Source: Candidatus Heimdallarchaeota archaeon
GTDB lineage: Archaea; Asgardarchaeota; Heimdallarchaeia; JABLTI01
Reading direction: 5' to 3'
NCBI GenBank assembly: GCA_018238155.1
Contig: JABCTZ010000036.1
Coordinates: 288,001-352,000, forward strand
DNA: 64,000 bases
Shown one piece after another: positions 8,852-19,063 of this stretch (its first letter is position 1; each line of letters starts with the position of its first letter). The notes beneath the pieces are model-generated. The model was not told where the DNA came from. It saw only the letters and a list, made by a program, of their open reading frames with translations, and searched no databases. The position numbers and the translations under genes were made by a program.

Positions 8852-10426
8852 TTATAGCTCATCAAAAACTAGTTTTCCATTGAAAATTGTTCCAAGAACT
8901 TTTGTTTCTTTAATTTTCATAGGATCAATGTTTAGAATATCCTGATCTAGAATTACAAAATCAGCTAGTTTTCCAATTTCAATTGAACCTTTAATTTTCT
9001 CTTCAAAAGATGAATAAGCAGCACCAAGTGTGAAATAGTATAATGCTTCTTCTGCAGATATTCTTATAGCATCTATTGGATGTGCGGCAACAGACCATAT
9101 ACCAAGCAATGGATCTAAAGGCATATTATCAGAACCAAAGCACAATTTCGTCTTTTCATCAATTATTTTTCTAAATCTATTCAATAATTTATATCTCTCT
9201 GGTCCCAATTTGGTTTCATATAATTGTCCGGGTTGTCCCCATCTTCCGGGGAAATTTGGTTGCATTGATAAAACTAATCCTAAATCATTTACCTTTTTCA
9301 ATTGTTCATCCAAAAGGTATTCAGCATGTTCAATTCGATGCCGACCCTTTCTGACAAGTTCTGGATTGTTTATTTCTTCAAATGCTTTCAATACAAAATC
9401 TATTGCTTCGTCACCAATTGCATGTATAGCTGTTTGCCAATCATTTTCAATTGCAGTTCGAACGGTTTCATGGAAAACTTTCTCTTCAATGTAGAATCCA
9501 CCTTTAGTCGTTGTATCGTCAAAATATGGCTCCTTAAGTGCAGCAGTTCTTGCACCTATAGAACCATCAGTAAATATTTTCACTCCACCAATACGAAGAA
9601 TATCATCTCCAAATCCTGTTTTAATACCTGTATTGATGTAATTGTTAAACCGTAACCGAGGAACATTCATGTACACTCGAATTGTAAGTTCATTTCTTTT
9701 CCAAGCAGAAATATATGATTTTACACTGCGAACAGAAAGATTGTCTGTAACAGAAGTAACTCCAAGTGAATTGGCAAATTCGCAAGCGGTTTTTACTGCT
9801 TCATCTAATTGTTCTTGTGGTTTCTTCAACTTAGGTGAGGTAGCAATTCTATCAATTAGTGTATCTGTTAAAATCCCTAAAGGTCTTTTTGTTACTGGAT
9901 CCAAATCTAAATCCGGATCATCTTTAGCAATTCCTAGTTCTTCTAAGGCAAGACTATTTACTGCAATTAAGTGTCCACACACTCTGCGAATATAACATGG
10001 ATTTTTTGGTGCAATAGCATCCAATTCATCAAGAGTGAGATATCTTTTGTCATCCCAATTACTTTCATCCCATCTTTCACCAAAAATCCAATTTCCAGAA
10101 GGAGTCTTACTTACTTTCAGTAAAATTTCTTCCAGAGCTTCTTTTGGAGACTTTACTTTATTCAGCATAACATCTTTGAATGTTGCACTTATTGCCAGTA
10201 TATGTGTGTGAGTATCGTTGAAACCTGGGCACAGAAATCTACCTTTCAAATCCAAAATTCGTTTCACTTTGGAAAATTTTTCTTTTAGACCTTTTGTAGA
10301 CCCAACGGCGAGTATCATGCCATTTTGTACTGCGATAGCTTCTGCTCGCGGTTGCTTAGAATTTTGAGTGACTATATTTCCATTAATTATTAAGAGATCT
10401 ATTTGAGAGAACAAATTTATTACCAA
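8852..10426 (-). CDS. amidohydrolase family 3 (YtcJ-like)
   Basis: PGFNDTHTH, KIFTDGSIGARTA, HAIGD, RIEHA, FGSDN, GKLADFVIL. Confidence 0.92.
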   Translation of the reverse strand: MVINLFSQIDLLIINGNIVTQNSKQPRAEAIAVQNGMILAVGSTKGLKEKFSKVKRILDLKGRFLCPGFNDTHTHILAISATFKDVMLNKVKSPKEALEEILLKVSKTPSGNWIFGERWDESNWDDKRYLTLDELDAIAPKNPCYIRRVCGHLIAVNSLALEELGIAKDDPDLDLDPVTKRPLGILTDTLIDRIATSPKLKKPQEQLDEAVKTACEFANSLGVTSVTDNLSVRSVKSYISAWKRNELTIRVYMNVPRLRFNNYINTGIKTGFGDDILRIGGVKIFTDGSIGARTAALKEPYFDDTTTKGGFYIEEKVFHETVRTAIENDWQTAIHAIGDEAIDFVLKAFEEINNPELVRKGRHRIEHAEYLLDEQLKKVNDLGLVLSMQPNFPGRWGQPGQLYETKLGPERYKLLNRFRKIIDEKTKLCFGSDNMPLDPLLGIWSVAAHPIDAIRISAEEALYYFTLGAAYSSFEEKIKGSIEIGKLADFVILDQDILNIDPMKIKETKVLGTIFNGKLVFDEL

Positions 10427-10462
10427 TTATTTGTAGAATTGCATTCTTTTTAGTTTTTCTAA

Positions 10463-11596
10463 TTAATTCAATAATTGATATAATAGTCCAAGCAAGAAAG
10501 CTAGACCAATAAACATGAAAATTCGGATTGCATACCTCATTAGTTGGCTTTGCAATATTTTTCTACTATTTCCAACAACATCCAATGATGGAACCTTTGG
10601 AGCATTATAATTGCTAATCAGCTCATTGATTAATTTTATAGTTTCGTTATTCCCATGATGAGAATATATTTTTTCATATAAATTTTGAGAAATGAAAAAT
10701 TCTTTGACCATTTCTGGATCAATATCTTCTTTTTCTAATTCTGCCTCTATTCTGCTAAAAATTTCTGAAAGAGCAAATTTATTATTGTTTTTAAAAGAAA
10801 GCTCAATTAGTACTGTAATGCCCGCCGGAGGAATCTTTTGAATCATTCTTTTCAAATATTGGATTTCCTTTTGATCATCTACAACAGAAGAAAGTTTGTA
10901 TTCTAAATCGGTTGTAGATAATTTTAAACAAGTAGTTATTTCCTTTTCAAAACCATATGGAATGGATAATGGTTGAAAGGCTTGAATATGCAAAATTCCT
11001 TGAAATAGTTCGTCAGATAGTGTTTCTTTTTTATAGTTTCTAATAAATTTTAGAGCGATATCCAATGCTTGAATTTCACCTGATAAAGAGAACCTATACA
11101 GAGCTGCTAGAAGCTTCTTTTCTTCAGAGAATCTAAAGAAAACGGCTTCCTCTAGAAATCTACCAAAGAAAAGAAGAAAAATGATTTCTAAACAACCAAT
11201 CATCAAACTAAATTCTAATTCTACAACATTAAATATCACACCAATAAAGAGGAGAATAAAAATTATTGTAGAAACAACATAACTAGTAACCAGTATTGCA
11301 TTCAAAATTCTAGTTCGTTTACAAATAGAGCATTCCAAACTTTCAAAATTGCCTAATATATTTGGTGATGATGAGGTTTTCTCCTTAATTCTTTCAAATC
11401 TTGATGGTTTAATGTGAATAGGAAAACCACATTTTTCACAACGTGCAATTGGTGATTGATTATTTTGTTGATTTTCAAGCAATTTCTTTTCATTCTCAAT
11501 AATTCGTTTAGTAACAAAAAGTCTTTGGTGATTTTCTTTACTATCAATTTTAGTATCAATCATCACTTCTTGGCAATAATCATCGGTCAATTTCAC
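10463..11596 (-). CDS. hypothetical membrane protein with zinc ribbon
   Basis: CEKCG...CSICK, two TMs, helical domain, C-terminal TM. Confidence 0.7.
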   Translation of the reverse strand: MKLTDDYCQEVMIDTKIDSKENHQRLFVTKRIIENEKKLLENQQNNQSPIARCEKCGFPIHIKPSRFERIKEKTSSSPNILGNFESLECSICKRTRILNAILVTSYVVSTIIFILLFIGVIFNVVELEFSLMIGCLEIIFLLFFGRFLEEAVFFRFSEEKKLLAALYRFSLSGEIQALDIALKFIRNYKKETLSDELFQGILHIQAFQPLSIPYGFEKEITTCLKLSTTDLEYKLSSVVDDQKEIQYLKRMIQKIPPAGITVLIELSFKNNNKFALSEIFSRIEAELEKEDIDPEMVKEFFISQNLYEKIYSHHGNNETIKLINELISNYNAPKVPSLDVVGNSRKILQSQLMRYAIRIFMFIGLAFLLGLLYQLLN

Positions 11597-11643
11597 AACA
11601 TCCTCTCTATCAAATGTTTAGTAAAAGTGTTTAAAAAAACATT

Positions 11644-11904
11644 TCACCTATCACTAGATTGCAGTTTCAAAATTTCCAAAGCTTTTCCAAGAACTTTTTC
11701 TGAAGAAAGTAAACTGTCAAAAGTAGAGCTATCATCTAATGAATCCTCAATTGTTTGAACAAAATCTACAAATTCAGGTGATTCTAGTAACTTTTTAATT
11801 TCTTTTTCTGATTTGGTGCTAATTTTTTGTTTTAAATCCTTAGTAGAATTTTCCTCATTAGTAATGAGAAGGTCTCGTAAGTTTTTCTCAGACATATTTA
11901 TCAC
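11644..11904 (-). CDS. hypothetical protein (86 aa)
   Basis: Helical charged ORF, co-oriented with the downstream gene. Confidence 0.5.
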   Translation of the reverse strand: MINMSEKNLRDLLITNEENSTKDLKQKISTKSEKEIKKLLESPEFVDFVQTIEDSLDDSSTFDSLLSSEKVLGKALEILKLQSSDR

Positions 11905-12097
11905 AAGATATTCATTAGAATAATATTAAAACACCACAATCATGATAAACTTGGAATTTTTTATCATAGTGTGTTTATTATTTCCTCAACTGATATTTTT
12001 ATAAAGTGCAATTGCTTTCGTATGAAATCATTGATATATTTGTGAAATAAGACTACAATGAAACTATTAGCATAATTTGAAGTTTGGAGTAATAAAT

Positions 12098-12628
12098 GTG
12101 AAACTATTAGCAAAAGTTGTCTTAGCGGGAGATGGAGGAGTAGGAAAAACTACATTAATTCATCGATACATCACAAATAGTTTTATCGATTCCACTAAAA
12201 TAACAATCGGTGCTGCTTTTCATACGCACGAAATAGAAACAGAAGAACATAGCGTTTTAGTTCAAATATGGGATTTAGGTGGTCAAGAGCAATTTAAACA
12301 GATGGGCATTTTTGACAGATATTTCAAAGGTACCTCAGTTTCAGTTATTATGTTTGATCTAACTCGATTAAGTACAATTGAAAGTATCTATGAATGGGCT
12401 GATTTGGCTTTAGGTGCAAGTAACACTAAGATAATTCTTGTAGGTGGAAAAAAAGATTTAGCAGGTGGTATTATCTTTAATGAAGAAACATTCCCTGAGT
12501 TGTTTGAAAAATACGATTTCATTTCTTATCATGAAACATCATCAGCAACTGGAGAAGGTGTTCCTGAAGTTTTTCAATCAATTGCACAAACTATAATTGA
12601 TTTAACATTGGAGAAAAAATCTCTATAA
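12098..12628 (+). CDS. Rab-like small GTPase
   Basis: GDGGVGKT, TIGAAF, WDLGGQEQF, GGKKD, ETSSATG. GTG start at 12098 chosen because GGAG precedes it (ORF track starts at 12077). Confidence 0.92.
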   Translation: MKLLAKVVLAGDGGVGKTTLIHRYITNSFIDSTKITIGAAFHTHEIETEEHSVLVQIWDLGGQEQFKQMGIFDRYFKGTSVSVIMFDLTRLSTIESIYEWADLALGASNTKIILVGGKKDLAGGIIFNEETFPELFEKYDFISYHETSSATGEGVPEVFQSIAQTIIDLTLEKKSL

Positions 12629-12774
12629 ATCGATTATTTATCAAAGTTATTCAATTTAACATTAAATAGTATTTTAAAGTATTAATTATTTATAAATACG
12701 ATAATTATATATTGTAGAAGAACTAGATTCAATCGAAAATTACCTAAGTAAGAACAATTTGGAGATTCAATAGA

Positions 12775-13554
12775 ATGCCTACAAGTCCAGTAATTCAAGA
12801 ATTGAAATCAATTATAAGCTCAATTATATCACAAGGAAAAACTGGTAACATGCGGGCAGTTGTACAATCTCTTCATGAATTTGAAAAAAGGACAAAACAC
12901 AAAAAGAATGATCCTGCAATTCAAGTATTATCAGCACAAGCTTATCGGCATTCTTTAGAACCATTTGGTGTTGCCAAGAAATTCAAAGATGTTGAACTGA
13001 TGATAATAAAAATAGAACACCTTCTGAAAGAAAATCCAACATCTGAGGATATGCAAGAGATTTTCAGTGAAGCATTGAATGCTGCGATTTATCATTACAT
13101 AATGAATGAAAAGGAAAAGGAAATTCATCAAACTTTGACACGCCTCGGTGAATTTGCAAATAAAAATCAAGTAAATCCATTCGTACAATTTAATTACGCA
13201 ATGTCTCTTTCTAGAGTGGCAGAATATTTTGTGTCAAAGGAAAATAAAGAAGTTGCTTACAATATCTTATGGGAAATTATTGGTATAGTAACGTTCTATC
13301 CTGGAAAAGAAATCTTAACACAAGTTAGCGAAGGATTATTACAATGTGTGAAAATTGCTGGTGGTAGACTAACTATGATTGAATTAGATGATTTAGCTAA
13401 TCGAATTGATGAATTCATAAATTTCACAAACGAATTTGGAATTCAACAAAAATTAACTACTTGTCAGGGACTAATTGTTCAATTTGTTGCTGGATTACGA
13501 ATGAGAAACGGATATAGTCCTGATGGGAAACTACAAAGAATCTACAAGAAATAG
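12775..13554 (+). CDS. hypothetical all-alpha (solenoid-like) protein
   Basis: Repeated amphipathic helix pairs; GGAG before the ATG. Confidence 0.65.
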   Translation: MPTSPVIQELKSIISSIISQGKTGNMRAVVQSLHEFEKRTKHKKNDPAIQVLSAQAYRHSLEPFGVAKKFKDVELMIIKIEHLLKENPTSEDMQEIFSEALNAAIYHYIMNEKEKEIHQTLTRLGEFANKNQVNPFVQFNYAMSLSRVAEYFVSKENKEVAYNILWEIIGIVTFYPGKEILTQVSEGLLQCVKIAGGRLTMIELDDLANRIDEFINFTNEFGIQQKLTTCQGLIVQFVAGLRMRNGYSPDGKLQRIYKK

Positions 13555-13567
13555 TTTGATTATCAAT

Positions 13568-14389
13568 CTAGGCACTTTTTTCAAGCATTTGATGTAATAT
13601 TGATTCTAGATGGGCTATTTGAACAATACCTACTAAATGCCTTCCTCCTGCGATAATTGTCGGATAGGCAGTAACTCCATACGCATCTACTATTTGAGGG
13701 TCGGTTTCTGCATCAATCGTTTCAACCTCTAAAGCAAACTTTTTAGCAACTTTCTCAATGTGATTTAAAGCAACTTTTGACCATGCATCTCCTTTCTTAA
13801 CAAAGAAGAGAATCTTAGTAGATATTTTTTCAATAATTTTCGGTGAAATATCAGGGATAGGAATAACACCTGACACAATTTGTTGAATAATTAAATTAAA
13901 AGCAGCATCAACATTTGTATCTGTTTTTGCACTTGTGAAAATCAAATTAGCTTTTGCTGCGGGAGTATCACCTAGAGTTTTTAGATTAAAAGATAATGGG
14001 AGTTGCTTTGTTTGTGCTAAATCGAGTTTAGTTCCAACTAAAATTACCGGAACATCCTTTTGGTTATTAGCCGTTCTAAGATCTTCATACCAACCTGATA
14101 AATTGTTAAACGTTTCAGGTTTAGTTAAGTCATAAGTTAATAGAGCTCCAGATGCCCCTTGCAAGTATCGCAAACCAATTTTCCGTCTGCTCTTTTGTCC
14201 TGCGATATCCCAAATCATTAATTTTACTTCTGCATCCGGGTATTCAAAAGTTCTAACATAAAAATTTAAACCCAAAGTGGTCATATAATCTCTGTGAAAT
14301 CTATCGTAAATATATCTTTGAACTAAACTTGTTTTACCTACTCCCGGATCGCCAAGTAAAACGATTTTTCTTTGGTACAATTTTGTCAA
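13568..14389 (-). CDS. Rab-like GTPase fused to a C-terminal thioredoxin-fold domain
   Basis: GDPGVGKTS, WDIAGQ, GTKLD, TSAK; then ILFFVKKGDAWS...IDAETDPQIVDAYGVTAYPTII (Trx-like, no CxxC). Confidence 0.85.
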   Translation of the reverse strand: MTKLYQRKIVLLGDPGVGKTSLVQRYIYDRFHRDYMTTLGLNFYVRTFEYPDAEVKLMIWDIAGQKSRRKIGLRYLQGASGALLTYDLTKPETFNNLSGWYEDLRTANNQKDVPVILVGTKLDLAQTKQLPLSFNLKTLGDTPAAKANLIFTSAKTDTNVDAAFNLIIQQIVSGVIPIPDISPKIIEKISTKILFFVKKGDAWSKVALNHIEKVAKKFALEVETIDAETDPQIVDAYGVTAYPTIIAGGRHLVGIVQIAHLESILHQMLEKSA

Positions 14390-14460
14390 TAGATTCCAAC
14401 CTTATTAAGAAAGGAGTTCTAATTCCTTTTGTAAGTTTTGTTCTATACAACTAATAAATA

Positions 14461-15414
14461 CTAGTTTACTACTGTGGTAATTTCACATCCATTCTCAGTA
14501 ATAATAATTGTATGCTCGGCTTGAGCAACGGGGGTTTGACTTTTGCTAACTAACATAGGATACCGGGTCAATGTTTTATAAGAAATTAATTCTTTTAATG
14601 CTTCAAACAATCTTGTTTGGGACATTAGCTCTTTTAACCAGCGAAGAGCAAAAGGTAAATTACTATATTGTTCAATAAAATTAAGGATTGTTTTAGAATC
14701 CTTAGATTTTGCTTTTGAACCTATTTTTGAAAAAATATAGCTATATGATTCATCATAAATCTTCTCAGAGCCTTGTGATGTGGTTACAAAAGGTTCAATT
14801 GCTAAAACTTGTCCCACTTTTAATTTCGGTCCAAAAAAACCAAATTTAGGTTTTGAATTCGGAATACTAATGCCTGAGTGAAGTTTCCAACGTTCAATGA
14901 CATGCCCGGTTAGATCTGTTATTGGGATCAATCCTTCTCCACGAATTGTGGATTCAATTATTTCACCAATTTCCCCAGGACGAACACCAGGTTGAGCGAA
15001 TGCAATTGCTTTTTCCAAAGCTTTTTCTGCTACTTTTCTAAGTTGTAAGTGTTTTTTAGATCCTCCTACAGAAAAGGTTCTAGCATGATCAGAAATATAA
15101 CCATCAATATGTGCTCCTAAATCAATTTTAACAATTGCTCTTTCTGGTAAAATTAAAGAATCGTCAATAGGGGAAGTGTAGTGAGCTGCTATTTGATTCA
15201 CTGAAACGTTAACTGGAAATGCAGGCTCTGCAGAATGACTCTTTATGTCCCTCTCGAGAGAGTTGCAAATAATTTCCAACTTCCTATTTTTAGAAACAAG
15301 CCTCTTTGCTCTTCTCATAACAAGAGCAGCAATTCGTCCTGCTTCTCTGTATTTTTCTAATTCTTCATCATTTAATAGTGACACAGATGGATTCGCCTCT
15401 AAAACAGAAACCAC
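14461..15414 (-). CDS. map: methionine aminopeptidase type II
   Basis: AFPVNVS, AAHYT, KIDLGAHIDGYISD, LTGH, AIEPF, AQAEHT. Confidence 0.95.
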   Translation of the reverse strand: MVSVLEANPSVSLLNDEELEKYREAGRIAALVMRRAKRLVSKNRKLEIICNSLERDIKSHSAEPAFPVNVSVNQIAAHYTSPIDDSLILPERAIVKIDLGAHIDGYISDHARTFSVGGSKKHLQLRKVAEKALEKAIAFAQPGVRPGEIGEIIESTIRGEGLIPITDLTGHVIERWKLHSGISIPNSKPKFGFFGPKLKVGQVLAIEPFVTTSQGSEKIYDESYSYIFSKIGSKAKSKDSKTILNFIEQYSNLPFALRWLKELMSQTRLFEALKELISYKTLTRYPMLVSKSQTPVAQAEHTIIITENGCEITTVVN

Positions 15415-15461
15415 AATACCTACACTGCCTATTTATAGTTTTGTTATCATTCATTTTTTTC

Positions 15462-16304
15462 CTATTTCATAAATAAATTCTTTATCCAGATCCAAGCTAT
15501 CAGAAATAATCTTCTGAGCTCAAATTGTTCTGGAATATTAATGACCATCCAAAATGGTAGAGATACATTGGAAATAACCAAATATAGAAACAAGGCAAAA
15601 AGACCAAGCGATAGCAAAATAACAATAATGTCCCACCATTTCAATTTAATAGAATAGAGAAATGTTCTATTCTTAGTTGCATTCCAACCTCGAGACTCAA
15701 TAGCTTCCGCTAGCTGCCAAGATCGTCTTAAAGCTGTAGCAAAAATTGGTATAAGAAGAGGAATCATATTTCTAACTCGTTTAAACAAATTACCACTATC
15801 AATTTGTAAACCACGAGACTTTTGAGCATCAATTATAATATTCGTTTCTTTTCCCAAAGTAGGGATGAATCTGTAAGCGGTGCTAATTGCCCAAGCAAAG
15901 GCATAAGGAAATCTGAATTTGATGAGTGTTTGCGAAATATCATCTGGGGAGACAGTTTGGAAATATAAGCCAAAGAATCCACTAAGTACAATCAATCTTA
16001 TTCCCAAAACAATTGCTTTTGTAGTTGGATGATCAACTTTTAAGAAAAGAGCATTTAAGACTACTATCAATAGAATAACTGGAGTTAAGAAGAGGAGCGA
16101 TTTTAACCATCGTTTCATGAAATTTCCAAAGAAAATCAAAGGAAGAAGAGCAACTAAAATTATACACAAAGGAATGATTTGATTAAGGTAAATGGCCAGG
16201 CAAGTAATCATAAAAATGAATAGTGTTTTTCCTCGAAGATCAACATAATGCAGAGGTGACTTTTGTTCAAGATAATTAAAATAATCAAGTATTTTTAAGC
16301 TCAT
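15462..16304 (-). CDS. ecfT: ECF transporter T component
   Basis: AYRFIPT, AQKSRG, AIESRG. Confidence 0.92.
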   Translation of the reverse strand: MSLKILDYFNYLEQKSPLHYVDLRGKTLFIFMITCLAIYLNQIIPLCIILVALLPLIFFGNFMKRWLKSLLFLTPVILLIVVLNALFLKVDHPTTKAIVLGIRLIVLSGFFGLYFQTVSPDDISQTLIKFRFPYAFAWAISTAYRFIPTLGKETNIIIDAQKSRGLQIDSGNLFKRVRNMIPLLIPIFATALRRSWQLAEAIESRGWNATKNRTFLYSIKLKWWDIIVILLSLGLFALFLYLVISNVSLPFWMVINIPEQFELRRLFLIAWIWIKNLFMK

Positions 16305-16311
16305 ATCTTTG

Positions 16312-17160
16312 TCACCTACTTATTTTTTGCTGTTTTGAAAGCATAGTAAGTATATTTTCATATACTTCTTGTTCATTAATTGAGGTAGCAAAAGTGTCAT
16401 CAATTTGTTGAATTGAATAACACAAATCCAGTAATAGAGGGCTAACTAAATCAGTATCTTGAAGGAGAACTTTATCGGATAATATTTTGGTAGTCCCACC
16501 ATCAGCAATGACTTTTCCTTTTGAGAGTACAATAGCCCTTGGGATAAAATCTAAAATGAAATCCATATCATGAGAAACAACGACTACAGTAATTCCTTCT
16601 TTAGTTAGTTTTTTCAAGAATGAACCTAATTGTTTCTTCTGGCGATAATCCTGACCATAGGTTGGTTCATCCAGAACTAGAATTTGTTGGTTCATTGTTA
16701 AAACAGAAGCAATAGATACTAAACGCCTTTCTCCTCCTGATAATTCAAAAGGACTTCTCTCCAATAAATGTTCTATTTGAAAGATATCAATTAAACTTTT
16801 AATTGTAGCATCTCGAACTGATTCTTCTATCTTTAGATTTTTAGGCCCAAATTCAAGTTCTTTTATAACATTTTGAGCAAATAATTGATGATTAGGATTT
16901 TGAAAAGAGAAACCAATAATGGAAGCCATTTTTGATATTGGTTCTTTAACTATATCTAAACCATTTATTCTAACAATTCCTTCATTTGGTTTTAATAAAC
17001 CGTTGAAATGCTTTATTAGAGTAGTTTTTCCGGCACCATTTTTTCCTACTATTGCTACAAAATCTGCTTTGTTAATTTTAAATGTGATATCGTTTAGAAC
17101 GTACTCAGTTTTCGAATCATATTTGAAGGAAACATTCTCAAACTCTATCATCAATTTCAC
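16312..17160 (-). CDS. ecfA2: ECF transporter ATPase A'
   Basis: GKNGAGKTT, FQNPNHQLF, LSGGE, LDEPT. Confidence 0.9.
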   Translation of the reverse strand: MKLMIEFENVSFKYDSKTEYVLNDITFKINKADFVAIVGKNGAGKTTLIKHFNGLLKPNEGIVRINGLDIVKEPISKMASIIGFSFQNPNHQLFAQNVIKELEFGPKNLKIEESVRDATIKSLIDIFQIEHLLERSPFELSGGERRLVSIASVLTMNQQILVLDEPTYGQDYRQKKQLGSFLKKLTKEGITVVVVSHDMDFILDFIPRAIVLSKGKVIADGGTTKILSDKVLLQDTDLVSPLLLDLCYSIQQIDDTFATSINEQEVYENILTMLSKQQKISR

Positions 17161-17163
17161 CAG

Positions 17164-18006
17164 TTATTTTAAAGTAGCAACAAACTCTTCGACAGTTAAT
17201 GGTATTGTGTTTGTTTTATCTTTCGATAAACCAATTTTTTCATCCAATTTTAGAAATAGGGAAGGGATTTTTGGTAGCATGCTTTCTGGAAACTCTTTAT
17301 TTTGAAATACTGTTTGAATATCCCCAAAAATCTTTAATTGTCCTTTTTCTAGGAAAGCTAATTTGTTAACAAAATTCAAGCATCTATCTAATCGATGCTC
17401 TGCAATTATTATTGTTTTTTTATGCTCAGTATTCAATTCATTGAGAAGATTAAGAATTCGCACCGCGCCCACTGGAGAAAGATGAGCAGTAATTTCATCA
17501 AGAACCAAAATTGGTGGGTTTAAAGCTAAAGCTGAAGCAATTGCAGTTAATTGTTGTTCTCCTCCTGAAATTGAATAGGGAGATTTATATCTAATTTCTT
17601 CTAAATTCAAAAGAGTAATTAATTCATCAACTCGAGACTTCATTTCATTCCTAGGAACACCAAAATTCTCCAAAGGAAAAGCAATTTCACGCTCAACTGT
17701 AAGGTTAGAAATCTGATTTTCAGGATTTTGAAATACAAAACCAACTTGCTTTGCTAAAAATGGTGTTTCACTTTCTAAAGTTGATTTGCCGAAAATTTCT
17801 ATAGAACCACCAAACCTACCTGCATGAAAATGGGGGATCAATCCATTCAAGCATTTCAATAAAGTTGATTTACCTGAGCCGCTAAATCCTGCTAATAGAA
17901 CAAATTCTCCTTCTATAACATCAAATGTAACACGCTTTAAAGCAAAAGAATCTGCATTGCGATACTTGAATGAAACGTTATCTATTTTTATTGCCGTTTC
18001 TACCAC
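17164..18006 (-). CDS. ecfA1: ECF transporter ATPase A
   Basis: GFSGSGKST, FQNPENQ, ISGGEQQ, LDE, EHRLD. Confidence 0.9.
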   Translation of the reverse strand: MVETAIKIDNVSFKYRNADSFALKRVTFDVIEGEFVLLAGFSGSGKSTLLKCLNGLIPHFHAGRFGGSIEIFGKSTLESETPFLAKQVGFVFQNPENQISNLTVEREIAFPLENFGVPRNEMKSRVDELITLLNLEEIRYKSPYSISGGEQQLTAIASALALNPPILVLDEITAHLSPVGAVRILNLLNELNTEHKKTIIIAEHRLDRCLNFVNKLAFLEKGQLKIFGDIQTVFQNKEFPESMLPKIPSLFLKLDEKIGLSKDKTNTIPLTVEEFVATLK

Positions 18007-18055
18007 TAAATTAGCCTCAAGATATTATCAACTAAGAGAATAAGAATGATTATTG

Positions 18056-19063
18056 TTATAAATTGCTTTTTGCTTTAATCATTTTATCAAGAATGGAAAA
18101 AGCTGCTTTTCTTAATTCTGATTCTTCAATTTCGCTAGGGATGTTTAAAGCCGCAGCTGTTGAATGTCCACCACCATCACCATGGTATTTCTCACTTAGC
18201 ACTTTCATAATATCTCTGCCGAAATGAATATTTGTTGAGCTATAGAATATATTTCTAGCTCTGACATTTAAGCGAGTTTCATTTTTCCGTCTCGAGAATA
18301 TTAGAGCAACATCTGCACCCAAATCCAATATCGCACGAGCAGAAGAGCCTTCATGAGAACCGATGCTACTCCAAACAATGAGTTTGTCTTCAATTTTATG
18401 TAGATGAAGTCTGGACGCACATTTAATTCGAGCAACTTTGGTTGATTGATCAAAATTTCTTTGATTTAACTTTACTGCCAAATCATAATCTACTCCGAAT
18501 TTAAACATCTTATCAATTAGTGAAAGTAAATTTGGACTTAAACTATAGAATCTTCTACTATCAAAAATAATGCCTGAAAGCAATGTGTTTAATAATTTTA
18601 TATCTGGTTTTAAATCTAAATCAAAAATTAGTTCAGAAACCATTTCTGTTGCTGAAGTTCTTTCTTCTTCAACAAAAGCAATTGAAACATTATTTTCAGA
18701 GAAATCTGTTTTGGTGTGATGATCAATAATAACTAATTTTTCTTTAGCATGTGATAGAATGAGCTCCTTGAAAACACCAAATTGATTTGGAACATTGACA
18801 TCTACAATAACTATTAAATCATATTTTTTATCAGAAGTAGTAAGATAAGGTTTAGAATAATAGTCTAATAATGAGATTGCAGATTTACTAATACCATCTA
18901 TAAGAACATCAATTGAAGATTCCGGATGAAAGTTCCGAAGAATAAATTCGATACCAAACGCAGAGGAAACAGCATCTGGATCTACGCTCCGATGACCAAT
19001 GATAGCTATTGAATTATAGCTCCCTTTGGTAAGCTTTTCAATTAGCTTCTCTCTCACATTCAA
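18056..19063 (-). CDS. DHH family phosphoesterase (NrnA-like)
   Basis: H...DPDA, IVD, IIDHH, GGGHSTAAA. Confidence 0.92.
   Translation of the reverse strand: MNVREKLIEKLTKGSYNSIAIIGHRSVDPDAVSSAFGIEFILRNFHPESSIDVLIDGISKSAISLLDYYSKPYLTTSDKKYDLIVIVDVNVPNQFGVFKELILSHAKEKLVIIDHHTKTDFSENNVSIAFVEEERTSATEMVSELIFDLDLKPDIKLLNTLLSGIIFDSRRFYSLSPNLLSLIDKMFKFGVDYDLAVKLNQRNFDQSTKVARIKCASRLHLHKIEDKLIVWSSIGSHEGSSARAILDLGADVALIFSRRKNETRLNVRARNIFYSSTNIHFGRDIMKVLSEKYHGDGGGHSTAAALNIPSEIEESELRKAAFSILDKMIKAKSNL

Noticed and set aside
11929-11977. Imperfect inverted repeat (ATGATAAA...TTTATCAT) in a divergent promoter region
   Set aside because: AT-rich and interrupted; could arise by chance
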